Shown in pieces: positions 1-14,407 of a stretch of DNA of 64,000 bases; the first letter of the stretch is position 1; every line of letters begins with the position of its first letter. The notes beneath the pieces were generated by a model. The model searched no databases, was not told the DNA's origin, and was given only the letters and a program-made list of their open reading frames with translations. Location of the stretch: NCBI RefSeq assembly GCF_009914755.1, contig NC_060935.1; one strand, written 5' to 3'. The stretch comes from the human T2T-CHM13v2.0 reference genome, Homo sapiens. The translations under genes and the position numbers were made by a program.

Positions 1-505
1 ACTAACTGCAGGACTAAAGCTTCTGTGGACTGTAATAATTTCCTATTTATAATTGAAAGGGGTAAATTAAATTATCTCTGAGGTTCCTTCCAGCTCTAGC
101 ATCCTATGATTCTATTTTCTCTGAATTAACCTAATTGTCCAGTGGTTTGGATTGTGTTCAGACAGTGAACAACTAATACTTTCACTTCCAATTGGCACAT
201 CCCTTTTAAATGTTGGAAGTCCGTCCTATAATAACTTTATATAAATATGAAGCAATGTTACATATAGGGTTAATTGCATATAAACATTAGCCACACTCCA
301 AATGTTCAAAGGATGAATGAATTACAAATAATCTAAATTGGTCATAGAACTAAAGTAGCCTCAAAAGATGGCCATAACTCAGTAAAGCTCTGACTTCATG
401 AATTATTATATTTACTATTTTTGTTTTTTATTTTTTACCAAAAGTTCTTCAAGATCCAGAATGAGTATACAACTTGCTTGCAAATTCACAAAACTAGTCA
501 CTATT

Positions 506-600
506 AAGTCTGCCTTATGGTGTAGTATCCTCATTAAAAATTTATTACATATGAAAGTCTGCCTTATGGTGTATTCTTATTTTAAATTTATTACAAGTGA
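506..600 (+). repeat. Two-copy degenerate tandem duplication (~49-bp period)
   Basis: aagtctgccttatggtgta...aaatttattaca begins at 506 and again at 555. Confidence 0.8.
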
Positions 601-2412
601 AAAAGAATAAGAAAATGAATACCAATTTACCGACTGTCCACCTAAAGCAGTAAAATGTTACCAAAATGTCACCTATGCTACATTCTTCCTCTTCTCCCCA
701 GAGGTAATCCACAGTACTTTCAACAGTAAATAAAATGAGAATGTAAAGAAAGCTCTACAGTAAATGCCAATTGCAACCAATTAGAAAGACTTGTCCAGAT
801 TAATTTGATGTATGGATTTTACTGATTTAAATGTTCTCTGCATGAACACACACTTAGTTTTATAGGATTTCTGAAATGTTGAGTACTAATAAAGGGATAT
901 TATTATAGAATTCATACATAAATGACTAGGCAATGATACAAATATTATCGTAATATTTTTAAAAAGTATCAATCAAAAATCCTTCAGAATATTCCCAGAC
1001 TATCAATGGGCTATCAATTACAAGGCTTCTAGCATGATGAGTAATTTTTTCTCCACTGGAAATTTTCAAAAAGCGCTCTCATTCTCTTTCTTTTCTTTTC
1101 TTCTCCTTCCTTCCTTCCTTCCTTCTCTTTTCTCATTTCTTCACATTTTATATATTTTGCTGAAGAAAAATAAATATTGACTCAGTTTTTTTACACTACA
1201 TTTCAGTACATAACATCTGGAGATGGGAGGTTTATAGATGCATCACCATTATCTAAGTGGCCAAAGCATTTACTAAAGGTTATTACATAATTTGTAGAGA
1301 TGTGGAGATTCTAAAGGAAAGACACAGTAGGAGTAGGCTAGGACTTACATTATGCAAAATGGAATTTTACATGAATCTAATTATTCAGGTGATTGCTAAC
1401 TGTGCACCTTTTCCCCAATAGCAGCAGCTTCCAAAATGTTCTTGTAAGAATTTAATGGAGTCAAGATTTATAACAAGTAGCTCAAAACTGGGGTGGAGGG
1501 TGAAAGAGAGAAGAAAGAGGAAAAAAAGTTTGAACAATCATGAACCGTTTTCTAATGGCTATAGTAAGATAAAACATGTATTAGAAGATTTAAAATGTCT
1601 AGTGAATACAGACACAAAGCACTCTCCCAGGACTTTATAAATCTAATCCATAAGAGAAGCTATCTGGATATAGGGCTTGGCATGACTGTTGACCCTCATT
1701 TAACAGTTATCTGTAATTTCCCCAGCATTATTTCACAGAAAGTTACACATGTCAAAAATATGCACTTATTGCCATCAAAATGTGTCCCCAAAAGAAGAAA
1801 ATTTGTCCCCAGAGGGAAAGGAGTAGTATATTTGGTAGTGAAATATAAGAATATAGTCAACTTACATAATAATTAGAGACGTGATATTAAGATTTTATCA
1901 GTTCTCATTCTGAAACTATAAAACCAACCCATGTTAGAAGTTCCCCAATTCCTCATCCCATCATTCAGATTCTCTTCAGAAAAACACATGAAAATTGAAT
2001 TTTGAGGGTCATTTAGTTAAGTAGCAGGTGTTCCAATATCTCTATGTCATCTTCTACATACGAGCCTGTGTTTAGAGAAATAAAAATTATATTTGCCTTT
2101 GATATTACACATTGAAGGTATCTAGAGAAAGTGAATTATTATTGAAGGGAATTAAAATAACACTACTGAACCACTTAAATTCATTCTTTCCTCTGCCCGC
2201 AATTGCATCTTTTAAGTCCCACAACACTAAGAACAAAGCCTACATCCCAACCTGAAAACCTGATGATTTGACATTGATCTCTCATTTTTCATCTATGCTT
2301 TGATGCTCAGTTCAGCCAATAAATAAGGAAACTCCTGGATGCCTTTATCTATGTGTGTATACCTTACACAACAGTATTTTCATAATGTGTTATTTGTATC
2401 TATGATAATGTA

Positions 2413-3760
2413 TTCATTCATTCATTCATTCATTCAAAAATATCATGCACTTAGTGTGTGATGAACATTGTACTGGACACTGGGGATTAAGTTGTTAGAA
2501 AAGCAAAATGGTTTCCGTCCCCATGGAGCTTACTATGTAATGTGTAGGAAGAAGAGCTAGAGGATGCTATGAGAGATATACCAGGCAATTTTTATAAATC
2601 AGAATTCAGGTAAGGCTTCTCTGAACAAATGATAATTACATTTAGGTCTAATTTAAATCTAATAATAAAATTTAGGCTTGTATATGCTATTCTTAACACA
2701 AATATACCTTCAGAAAATTTACTCTCAAAGATAAGAGGCTAAAAGTACTTTGTATTAATTTGAATGCCCACTGGGGTAGAAAATATAAATTATGTCCTCT
2801 TGAGCAATGTACGTCACCAGCCCAAAACATCATGATTTGAGTCAGGTGTTGAAAGTGTGGCACACATACACCATGGAATACTACGCAGCCATAAAAAAGG
2901 ATGAGTTCATGTCCTTTGTAGGGACATGGATGAAGTTGGAAACCATCATTCTCAGCAAACTATCGCAAGGACAGAAAACGAAACACCACATGTTCTCACT
3001 CATAGGTGGGAACTGAACAATGAGAACACTTGGACACAGGGTGGGAACATCACACACCAGGGCCTGTCATGGGGAAGGGGGAGGGATACCATTAGGAGAT
3101 ACACCTAATATAAATGACGAGTTAACAGGTGCAGCACACCAACATGGCACATGTATACGTATGTAACAGACCTGCACGTTCTGCACATGTACCCTAGAAC
3201 TTGGAGTATAACAAAAAAAAGAAAGGAAGAAAGAAAGAAAGTGCTTCATTTTGCCTTTATGGTGATAACATTTACCAGGGCTCTGTTTTTACAAAGTAAT
3301 ATTGCAGAACAAAGACAGTGGAATTCTCTGATTATCTTGCACAGTGAATATGTCAAAAACCAATTAACTTGTAGACAACGTTTGTATGTTACATTAGACA
3401 TTAGAAGAATAGAAGTTAACCGGTAAATATTCAAGGGAAGGATACTTCAGACAGCGAAAATAGCACGTACAATGTCTCTGAGAGTGAGAGAGAGCATGGG
3501 AAGAATGCTAGGAAGTTTGAGAGGTGTACAGAGGAAAGGAAGGGCTGGGAACAAGCCACGTGGAAGGCTGGGTGGATGAACACAAGCCTGCAAAGTAAAC
3601 TAAGAAAACACAGGAAAAGGGGTTAGAAAGAGAAAAGGAAAGAGTAAAGTTACAGAAACCAAAGAAAGAAGGTATTTCAAGAAGTAGAGAGTCTTCAATA
3701 ATGGTATTACTGAATGGAGAAGTTTGATGGACTGAAAAATGTCCCTGGAGGTAATGAATG
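2413..3760 (-). mobile_element. L2 3' region, split by a duplicated segment and an L1PA (L2 pieces ~2413-2645 and ~3395-3760)
   Basis: (TTCA)n tail, then 'cattgtactggacactgggga...ccccatggagcttac' and 'aaggcttctctga'. L2-like sequence resumes at 'gggaaggatacttcagacagcgaaaatagcacgtacaatgtctctgag'. Confidence 0.7.
2858..3236 (+). mobile_element. 5'-truncated L1PA (L1PA5-like) 3' end
   Basis: ORF2 C-terminus ([20 protein letters not shown]...), 3'UTR and A-rich tail; TSD GAAAGTG at 2851-2857 and 3237-3243. Confidence 0.93.
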
Positions 3761-4002
3761 TTAGCAAGAAGCTATACTTCTAGTTTTTATAATTTTTAAC
3801 CCATTTAAAAACAAAAAAAGACACTTCATATCAGAGTACCTTGTTTTAACCCTTCATTAGTGGTCAAAGTTTCATTCTGGCCCAAATGAGAGTTTAAAAT
3901 TTGAACAATATTGCTTGGGTTTCTAAGTAAAAATTCAGTCTTTTCAAAAGAGGTAGCTCAATTCCCGGCCTAGTCAGCCACTCAATAGCTCTCTTTTTTC
4001 TT

Positions 4003-4324
4003 TGCTATTCTTAAGATAAATGTACCTTCAGAAAATTTACTCCCAACGATAAGAGGCTAAAAGTACTTTGTACTAATCTGAATGCCCCCTGGAGTAGAAA
4101 TTATAAACTATGTCCTTTTGAGCAATGTACGTCACCAGCTCAAAACACCATGATTTCAGTCAGGTGTTGAAAGTGCTTCATTTTGCCTTTATGGTGATAA
4201 CATTTACCAGGGCTCTGTTTTTACAAAGCAATATTGCAGAAAAAGATAGTGGGATTCTCTGATTATTTTGTACAATGAATGTGTCAGAAAACAATTAACT
4301 TGTAGACAACTTTTGCATGTTACA
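4003..4324 (+). repeat. Uninterrupted copy of a ~322-bp local direct duplication (other copy 2685-2857 + 3244-3393)
   Basis: About 92% identity by manual alignment; carries the empty L1 site GTTGAAAGTGCTTC. Confidence 0.93.
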
Positions 4325-4639
4325 ATTGCAGGGAAATACATGATTGATGAGTAAATTTATCCATCAATCTTACATTAACTGAGCAGCACCACACAATTGA
4401 TCTGTCCTATTAGGAGGAGAAAACAGCATGGGACGCTCTGACCATGGCCAAGATACCACTGCTCAGGTGGGTGGGAAAAAATTCTCGAATGCTAATTTAT
4501 CAAACAAATGACAAGAATTCATGTCCACTAGCATACATTCATTCAAATTAAAATACAAATTATTTTCTAATTATCCTCTGTTCTCGAAAATCCATACTAT
4601 TATTGCCTTCCATTACTAACCCTAAAGTAGGGGTCAGTG

Positions 4640-4815
4640 AATACCAGTCCTAGTTTCAATATCGAACCACATAATTCCATTTCCCCACATATAAAATAGG
4701 GATAGTACACCATCCTATTTACCTTAAAAGTGTTATATAGATTATATGAGATAACAAGTGTGAATGTACTTTTGTAAATGTTTTTAAAGCTCTATACAAA
4801 TGCAACTTATTACAA
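4640..4815 (+). mobile_element. MIR fragment
   Basis: MIR core-like 'tttccccacatataaaatagggatagta...attatatgagataac'. Confidence 0.6.
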
Positions 4816-5059
4816 TCATCACATGTAGTATACATTAAGCCAATTACATAAACACAAGCATTTCAAAAAACACTTGTGCTTATAAAATGTTATTATTGCC
4901 CACAAAATGTGCGTTGATTGTACATTCCCCCTATTGGAAGAACTTCTAAAAATATGCTCACACACATATATCCCCCTACACATACAGAGAGAGACAAAGA
5001 AAGAGAAAAAGAGAGAGAGATTTTCTGCATTGAATTACTGGGGAAAAGGAGGATAACTA

Positions 5060-5537
5060 CGTGTATCTGGCATACACAGTTCATTCTCATGCTGTATTCC
5101 TTCTTCCCCTTCTTGATCACAAGAGAGCCACCACTATTAAGTGGGTACACTGCCATCCAGAAAGGATAATATTTTATAGCCCCTCTTATAGCTAAGCAAG
5201 GCTCTAGGGCTAAATTCTGACCAATGGAATATAATTTAAAATGTCATGTTGAATGTGTCTTTATAGTAAAAGTGTCCTTAAAGTCTTCCATCCTTTCCTC
5301 CTTCCTGTTAATTGGAATGCATACATAATGCTGAAACTCAAGCAGACATCCTGGGCAATGGGGAAAAGTTACAGGCTATAAGAAGCAGAACAAAATGATA
5401 AAAGGTGTCTAGATATCTGAAACACAAATAACAACTCTAGACTGCCTACATATTTCTTTCTCATGAAAGAAATACAAACTTCTGTTATTTTGGGTCTTCA
5501 GTGACTCATGCACAAACCTCATCCTATCTGGATACCA
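5060..5537 (+). mobile_element. MaLR LTR (MLT1J-like)
   Basis: 'aattctgaccaatggaatat', 'tggaatgca', 'ctagactgcctac', 'gaaagaaatacaaacttct...ttttgggtc' are typical of old MLT1 LTRs. Confidence 0.65.
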
Positions 5538-5819
5538 CATATGTATATGATATTTGTATATGTATTTGTATACACATATACAAAGTGTGTGCTTGTGTTA
5601 TCTACAATGATCTGTACAACTGTTTATAAACATAAATATATACAAATATTTATACTATATGAAATATAAATTTGTTCATGTTTAATTTGAAATAAAACAA
5701 AAACAAAATAAAAGACCATGACTATTCAACTGTCTAGTAGGACAGACACTTTCAACGTGGAATACTCCAAAAGGCCCACAGTATTACCCTCTTCAAAATC
5801 TCTAAACTGTCAAAAAGAT

Positions 5820-6375
5820 AGTCACCAGAAATCATATTTCTAAATTTGATCTTATCACAGTCCATCTTAGAGTCCTCCAATGGCTTTCTATTTCCTTCAG
5901 GACAAAGTCCAAATAATAATTCTGGGTTGCTAAGGGCGCACTTTTATTCCTCCTCTGCATGCATCCTGTACTCCAGCCTCACCCTGCATCTCTGCCTTTG
6001 TACAGAGAGGCATATCTCTTTTGCTTCAAATTCCTCACTCCAGCCCCTATATCTACCTTGCTGATGGCTAACTATCCTTTCAAGTTCAACTCAAATCTTA
6101 TCTCCTCTGAGTGTCTTTCCATGACACTCTTCCACATGCATCTGCTTGTTGCCCCTTCTTACGATTTCATGCATAAATTTATTCTTTTGATAAAAATCTA
6201 AGTACCTACCAAGCAGCAGGCACTATTTCTATTATAATCATCGAGTATATTAGTCATCAGTTTTTCAAAACCTGCCACCACCCAATCCTGCAGCACATAA
6301 ATAGTATGTTTTTCAATTTATTTGATCCTTTACACCATGTATATGGTGTTCAGTAACTGACTGATGAGTTAATTA
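5820..6375 (+). mobile_element. L2 fragment
   Basis: 'cctccaatggctttctatttccttcaggacaaagtccaa' and 'ctatcctttcaagttcaactcaaat' match L2 3' region motifs. Confidence 0.55.
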
Positions 6376-7207
6376 GTTTGGGGCAATCTGCCCTATTCAC
6401 CCTGTTGTCAGAGTTTCTTGACTTCATTTATCTTCCTTTCTCCACTTACATGGCCTCTAAATTTAGATAATGTTATCCAGGGACAAAGATATATTAAATC
6501 TCAAAATCTGAAAGTCATCTTTTTTATCCATAAAGTAACTTCTTGCACTGTTCGTTCTCCACCAAAACTGCACTTAGGCATCCAGTCCAACTCCATGCTT
6601 TTTGCCAGCCACCAAAGCCCTGCTGAGACCTCATGCCAATCACTTCAATGACTCTGAGTCACACTATTGAGTCCCTTATTCCTGCCACCCTTATGTTGTA
6701 TCATGGCTACCCAACAATCATTACAACTGGTTCAACTTAATTATTTGTTTACAACGGCAGCTGCTACTGGGAGAAGAAATAGGAGCCTTTGACAGAGATG
6801 AAGATGCTTAGGTTAAATGACCGGCATAAAAACTAAGGTAGGTAGAGATATTCAGTGGTATACACTGATTAAAAGCCAGGGAATTAGGTCTCTTGAATCA
6901 GAATTAATTCCAGCCTTATATTCCCATTATTACATCAGAGATTGTCAACGGTTGCAATTTATAATGTCAACTTCATCTTTGGCCAGTAGGGCTAGAGTCC
7001 TACCTAGTTCTTTACCAGTCTTTGAAGGTTATTACCACAGTGATCCTGGATAAATCACTTCAAAACTTGCCTGACAAAGTCTCTCTCTGAAGAGTGGGGG
7101 TTGGGGGAATGAACAATCACCTGTGCCTACACAGGGCACAGATGATTCTCTGGGTAACTTGTCTAAAAAAGTATTTTAAGGATGCTGAGAACCAAAAATG
7201 ATTTTGA

Positions 7208-7510
7208 GGCCGGGCACGGTGGCTCACGCCTGTAATCCCAGCACTTTGGCAGGCCAAGGCGGGTGGATCATGAGGTCAGGAGATCGAGACCATCCTGGCT
7301 AACACCGTGAAACCCCCTCTCTACTAAAAATACAAAAAAAAAAAAATTAGCCGGGCGTGGTGGCGGGTGCCTGTAGTCCCAGCTACTCAGGAGGCTGAGG
7401 CAAGAGAATGGCGTGAACCCAGGAGGCGGAGCTTGCAGTGAGCCGAGATCACTCCACTGCACTCCAGCCTGGGCGACAAAGCAAGATGCCATCTCAAAAA
7501 AGAAAGAAAA
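7208..7510 (+). mobile_element. AluY
   Basis: Full dimer with AluY diagnostics (gatcgagaccatcctggctaacac; gagaatggcgtgaacc); 14-bp TSD aaaaatgattttga at 7194-7207 and 7511-7524. Confidence 0.96.
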
Positions 7511-9904
7511 AAAAATGATTTTGAATGAGCAAGCTATTTATTTCACAGGGTTTGAATGAGAAATTCATCATCACATGCTGCTGGGAAAGTGACACGATTG
7601 TTTTTGTTTCCCTTGCTTTCTGGTTTCTTTTAAGAGCTATCCTTTATAGCCAACAGGCGTTTGTACCACAATAAGTGCAATGATTTAGTAAACATCTAAT
7701 TCATCATTTCTGGTTGCTGAATAACAAAATTACAACAATGGTTTCCTTGTCCCATAAGAATCATTTTTAAAAGTTCATTGCTCCACTGCTACACTTCCTT
7801 TGATCACTGGAAAAGCAATCTGATTTCCTTTCCAATTAGACATCTTGATGTATCCTCCTACTTTGGCCCATTCTCTACCTTAGAACAACAAATTATTTTA
7901 ACACTTCTTGAGGACAGGAAGACCAGGGAGAGCTATAGATAATACAAAATGGCTATTCAAGACATAGCAAGAAAAGCCTCTTCAAAGGTACAACTTAGAA
8001 GGTTATAGGTTAATCCGGTATTCTCTATTTAGAAAAAAAAAACCTTAAAAATTGTCCATTAGATTAAAAAAATTACAATGCACTGTATCTCTTAACATAG
8101 TAAGCATTTCATAAATAAAAACTGGTTCCTTTAAATGACTTTTCGTTGCCATGCCTCCAGGTTTCCACTTTCTATTAGTCATTTAACAATATTCCCAAGG
8201 ATAAAAACGTACTTTAACTCCTACTTTTCAGAAGACAATCACATTATACATTCTCAGAAGTTTAGACACAGTATTTTTGGTATATTTTTAAAAAATGTTC
8301 TCCAAGGTAAGTTCCTGTGTGTTTAAAAAAGTGCCCAGAAAAGTTGTGGAGATAGAAGCTTCAAGACAAATCAGACAAAAGTCAAATGACAGAAAATAAA
8401 TGACCACATAACAGAGTCTCATAAACTTCTGAAGAGACCATAGAGAATCCTGACTTCCTATCTCAGATCTGCTTAAATCCAACCCCTCACGTCTCAAGCA
8501 TTCCAAAATCTATTTCAATTGTCTCACAGCTCACTTCCACAGCAAGGAAAAATCCAGTGCTAACACATTTATTACAGGACCTTTGAAACCTGAAGAAATT
8601 TCAGAGCAAAGATAAAAAATGATTTTATTTTACACAAGTGCTAAAACTTTTGGGTTTTTTCTTCATTTTGAAATCTCTTGAGATGTCTGCAAAACTATTA
8701 TATGTCTTGGCTGCTTCACCTCCCACTGTCCAATAAAATTCCAGTCATTTCACAGTATCAGTCAACTACATATTGTGCATATGGCTTTACATACCTGCCA
8801 AAAAGGTGTCTAAAGAAACTGAAGCCTATATTACAACCAAGGTCCTTCAGTGTGATAAAGCATATTAATTTTTGGCATTACGCAACTTAATGTATTTCAG
8901 AGGGTTCTTTAATGCTGATTTTTATTTATAATAGAAAAGCAATTACCAAAATTGCAAGTTTGCAAAAACTTCTGTACTAAGAGTCCACCTTATATAATTA
9001 ATAAATCTCTTAACCTCTCAGACCTTCACATTACTAAAATGATGCATCTCTGTATAGTGTATTTGAAGATCCTCACCTAATTTGTCACTTCACCTGGCCC
9101 ATGCTGCCCTTTCTTCTGATTTTAAGTATTCCAGTTAAGTAGTAATAAATTGTTATCTTATCTTCATTGCCCGTTAAATCTGCTACTGTATGTTTTTCCT
9201 TGCTTTAAGTTCAAAATCTGTGAATTTATTATCTATATGCTATAAGGGTACTTCATCAAAACCCAACTCTTCAGTAAACGTTTCTCTAGTCTTAAGTGCA
9301 CTTGTAATTGCATAACCAGCAACCTGTTCTAGCTAATTTAAGTAACTTCTCCTTTCTTATGCTTCACAATCTCACTACCTATAATAATATCAAGAGGAAA
9401 ACAGTAGCACAACCCTTCCTTGATGTTCTGCTGATACTCTTCAGGATGCTGGTTCTGGCTCTTTGACTGACTTTACTTCTTCCACCTGAAACTTAAGTTC
9501 TAGTCAAGAAGGCTCAGTAAATGGCCATTGCTACATGCCTTCTCTACTCACTATTTGGGAAATTCACGATTCTGACTTCTTCCTGTATGTGACGGTTCAT
9601 GACCTTAACCTGCCACACTTACCAAAATTTTTCCTGCTGGCCACAGAATAGAACCACTAGGAGATTATGCTATCCAATCAATTTTTACACAAAATTTCAT
9701 CTAGTTGATTACACACAACCACCTCGGATATAACTGCAATCTTCACAGCTCACTGTACTGCATAAACACTGCAGAAAATATCATTTAAAAAACATTAGAC
9801 TTCTATTCAAGATGACTCTTTAAGTTTAAGCCTAGAGAAACTACTGAAGTTCCACCACATTGCAATGATGACAAAATATAAATAGAGAACATTATAATGT
9901 TATA

Positions 9905-11280
9905 CCCTATTAAAGAGCAATTGGGTGGTTTCCTGGTTTGGGAAGTTATTCATAAAGCTGTTAGAAATATTTGTGTGCAAATCTTTTTATGAGCATTTTA
10001 CCTATTTCCCTTCAGTATATTCCCATTAATGAAATTGTTAGGTCATAGGGTAGAAGTATGATTAACATTACTAGTGATTGCCAAATAGTTGTGCAAAATG
10101 GTTATACCAGTTACATTTCCACCAGCAAAGTAAGAGAGTTCAATTTGCTCCTTATCCTTGCTGATATTTAGTATTGTCAGTCTTTCCAATGTGAGCCATT
10201 GGTAGTGGTATGTCACTGTGGTTTTAATTTACATTTTTTGATAATGATAATGTAAGCATCTTTTTCTATACTTTTTTGTCCATTTATTAAAAAATAGCTG
10301 ATCAAGCCTTTGCTTTTATTTAAACTGAATTGTCTTTTTATTGATTTATAGTAATTCTTTATGTACTCTAGATACAAGTCTATTGTCAGGAATATTTATT
10401 GCAAATATTTGCTCCCTGTCTGTGGATTGCCTTTTCACTTTCTGCCTTTTGATGAAGAAAATATTTAATTTTGATGAAATTTAATTTCTAATTGTTTTCT
10501 GTTATTGTTTGTGCCTACTATATTCTGTTAAAAATGTCTTGCTTTTTTCAAGATCCTGAAGATATTTTGTGATTTGCTCTAGAAGCTGTATTTATGTCTA
10601 TGATCCATCTTGAATTAATTTTTGTTTATTTATATGAGATAGGTTCAAGTTTGTTTTTCCATATAAATACTCAGTTACTGCAACACTATTTAATGTAAAG
10701 GTCTTCTATTCTTTATTGAATTGCTTTGGTGCCTTTGTCAAAAATCAATATATATTTGAACCTATTTCCGAACTTTCTATTCTGTTCCACTAATCTATCA
10801 GTTATTATGCCAATACCATACTGTGTTATTTACTGCCAGTTTATAGTAAATCTTGGGTCTTGCTTGTTCTCTAACATTGTTCTCTTCTTGAAGAAATGTC
10901 TTAGCTAACCTAAGCATTTTGTATTCTCATTTAAATTCTAAAGACAGCAGCGACTACAAAAATGCAGCTGAATTTTTATTGGGATGCACTGGAGTTATGT
11001 ATCAGTGGGTAGAGAAATAGCATCTCAATGACAGTTTTTAAATCCATGAACATAGTATATTTCAATATATACTTAAGTCTCCTTTAATTTCTCTGCAAAA
11101 TTTTGCAATTTGGGGTATAGAGGACTTGAACATCTATTATTTTAGGTATTGGCATCCTAAGTATTTCCCAGACAGTAGTTGATGCTATTGTAAATGGCAT
11201 TTTAAAATTATTTATTAAAAAATTATTTATTTATTGTTGCTTATTCCATTTTCCAAATGGTTTGTTCATAGCATATACAG
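9905..11280 (-). mobile_element. Old L1M (L1ME/MD-like) ORF2 3' fragment
   Basis: Reverse-strand L1 motifs: 'cccaccagcaaagtaagagagtt', 'tccatcttgaattaatttttgt', 'ctttatagtaaatcttg'-like. Confidence 0.75.
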
Positions 11281-14200
11281 CTGTCTATGGTGACACAGTA
11301 AATAATAACTATAAATTTAGGGCCATTTCCCTTTGACCAATGCTATCTCTCATTTTCAGATCTTTCTCTCATATTCTGGGCCTGTAATATATTTGCGGTC
11401 ATCATCCTAGCCAGATTATAATTGAACTTTTGTAATAATTTCTTGCTTTCTGGACTTTCAACTAAGACCAGAAATTATAGCAGAACTGTTACTTTTCTTT
11501 TTTAATTGATATGTTTACTTTCCCAAAAACTTGCCAGTGTCCCAGTCCTGAAATGTGTCAATCTTCCTACCTTTGTTCTTACAACTTATATCAAGTTAGC
11601 TAGCCCTAGCGTCGCACCCACAGGAGTTTCCAAGTTTATTTATTGCCCTTCCTCCTTCAACAAAGAATGTTCCAAAAAAATAGTTGTGTATCGTTTTTCC
11701 TGATTTTAGTAAATGATGTTCAAAAATTTCTTTATTTCCTCCTTGTAGTAAAGAATGCTTTAAAAGTCATTGTAAAAATATATTGTGTGATGGGGGTCTT
11801 GGAATGAAAATTATCCAATGTGTAGAAAATGTTTGGGGTTTGCAAGAAACTTGTATTCAGCAAACTTGGTTAAAGCCATTATTTACATACAAGAGAATTC
11901 TTAAAGTCCTTTCCAACACTGAAAAGTAATTATTCCTAGAAGTGATTATTAAATAATTGTATTTAGTTCACCAGTCCATTAAATGTGTTTAGAGACTAGA
12001 AAAGTGGGGCGGATGTATTTCTTTATAAGGCAACATTAGCAATAACAACAACAAAAAAAAGTTTCCTGCAAGGAAAGATGTTCACATAGGAAAATCTTCT
12101 TCCCAAAAAATGTCAGGAACAATATTTAAGGGGAGCTTTAAAGGTATCTGTTCTTTTTGATATTTCAAGTGTGCAAATCAAAACGAGAAAAATATCTTAC
12201 AAGATCATCCTAAACATCTCCTCAGTCCCAGGGAACTAGCGTCATATATATGACATAATTTTTGGCTAAGCCAGAAAGGACTTTAACTTGACTTTAAAGG
12301 CAAGTAGCACATATCTATTTGTAACCACTGAATCAAAAACATGTTGGTTAAAGGCATCTTGCTGAAATCAAAATGTACAAAATTTCATGGAAGGAAAGAG
12401 AAAATAATTTAGTCTTTAAAAAAAAACTTAAAGGATTGGGGAAATAAATAATCCAATAAATTCTGTTTGTTTCTTATTTCTGTCACACATAGGCCAAATA
12501 TATATATACCACCTATACTGAAATACAAAATTATAGGGTACAACATAACTATATAATTTTAAAATATATGGTGGTGGCCTCCAGTTTCTGGTCCCACATG
12601 TAAGAAACTTGGAAGTCACCACTTCATCCTAACAATAAGTAAAAAGCACAATAAACTGAAAAATTAGCAACTCTTCTTAAATCTATAAGAGAAATGATGT
12701 CACTGGGCAAACCACTGCCCCTAAAACTGGAGAGAAAGACAGGCAGATACAGAGAATAATGACTTACTGGAGCAGCAGCCCACAAGCAAAAACGTCCTTG
12801 GGAACCAGTGCCACAGTAGAGAAACCTGAACAGCAGTTTACAAATTACTGGAGGCTCGGTGTCGACAAGTCTGAGAGACTAAAAACTCCAGGGGCACCCA
12901 GTCATCCCGGAGACTGCACACTTTTGTGATTATTACTTCATGGAGCTCTACTAGCTTCTCACAGTGAATACTAGAGGAAAATTCCCTTATGATTCCCACA
13001 AGGGAAGGGGGAAAAGACCCATTTAGAAATACACCAGATCATTTTGTACTTCTCAAAAATGTCTGCCCTCAGGAGAATATATGTAATCACTGCCTATCCT
13101 ACTAGGATTTTATCAGAGCCTAACTGACCCAGGTGAAAGGAAATACCCAACTCCAATCAACTCTAGCCTTCCGCATGGAGGAAGAGAAATACCCAACAGG
13201 TCAAGAAACAGAGTAAGTAAAGTTATCAGGGATGAAGAGGGTCATTACATAATGATAAAGGGGTCAATTTTCCAGAAAGACATAACAATCCTTAATGTGT
13301 ATGTGCCGAACAACAGAGTGTCAAAACACATGAGACAAAAACTGATAAAAGTTTAGGGAGAAATAGAGGAATCCACTATTACAGCTGGAGACTTCAACAC
13401 CACTGTACCAGAATTGGGCAGATCTAACACGCAGAACATCAGTAAGAATACAGTTGAATTCAACAACATCAATCAACTGGATATAATGCATATCTAAAGG
13501 CTACTTAATCCAACAAAAGCAGAATACACATTATTCTCAAGTTCACATGGAATGTTCACCAAGCTAAACCACAATCTGGGCCATAAAACACACTTTAACA
13601 AATTCAAAAGACTAGAATTCTTACAATGTCTTGAAATGGGGTTAAATTATGAGTCAGTAACAGAAAGGTAGCTAAAAAATCCCCAAACACTTGAATAACC
13701 TATGTCAAAAAAGAAATCTGAATAAAAATATAAAAATATTTTTGACTAAATAAAAATAAGTACACAACTTAGGAAAATTTGTGATTCAGTGAAAGAGTGC
13801 AAAGAGAGTAACACCACTGAATGCATATATAAGGAGAAAAGATCTAAGATCAATTACCTAAGCTTTCACTTTAGAAAGCTACAAAAAGAAGAAAAAATTA
13901 AATTCAAAGTCGGCCTGAGAAAAGAAATAAAGTCAGAATAGAAACCTATGAAATTGAAAACAGGAAATAAACAGAGAAAAGTCAATGAAAACAAAACGTG
14001 GTTCTTTGAAAAGGTTAATAAAACTAATAAGCCTCTAGCCAGGCTAACTAAGAAAAAAAGAGAAGGGATACAAATTAATAAGACCAAAATAAACAAGGAG
14101 ACATCACTATGCATTCTCTGGACATTACAAGAATAACAAAGAAATACTCTATGCCCACAAATTTGATAACCTAGATAAAATGGATCAATTCCTTAAAGAC

Positions 14201-14407
14201 ACAATCTGCTGAATCTCACACAAAAGATAATCTGTAAAGCTCTATATCTATTAAATAAATTTAATCAATAATCAATAACTTTCCAAAACAGAAATGACCC
14301 AGGCCAGATGAGTTCACTAGTGAATTCTACCAAACATTTAAGAAATAAATTATACCATGCCATTTTTCTAAATCTTTCCCATAATATAGAAGTGATGAGA
14401 ATACTTG

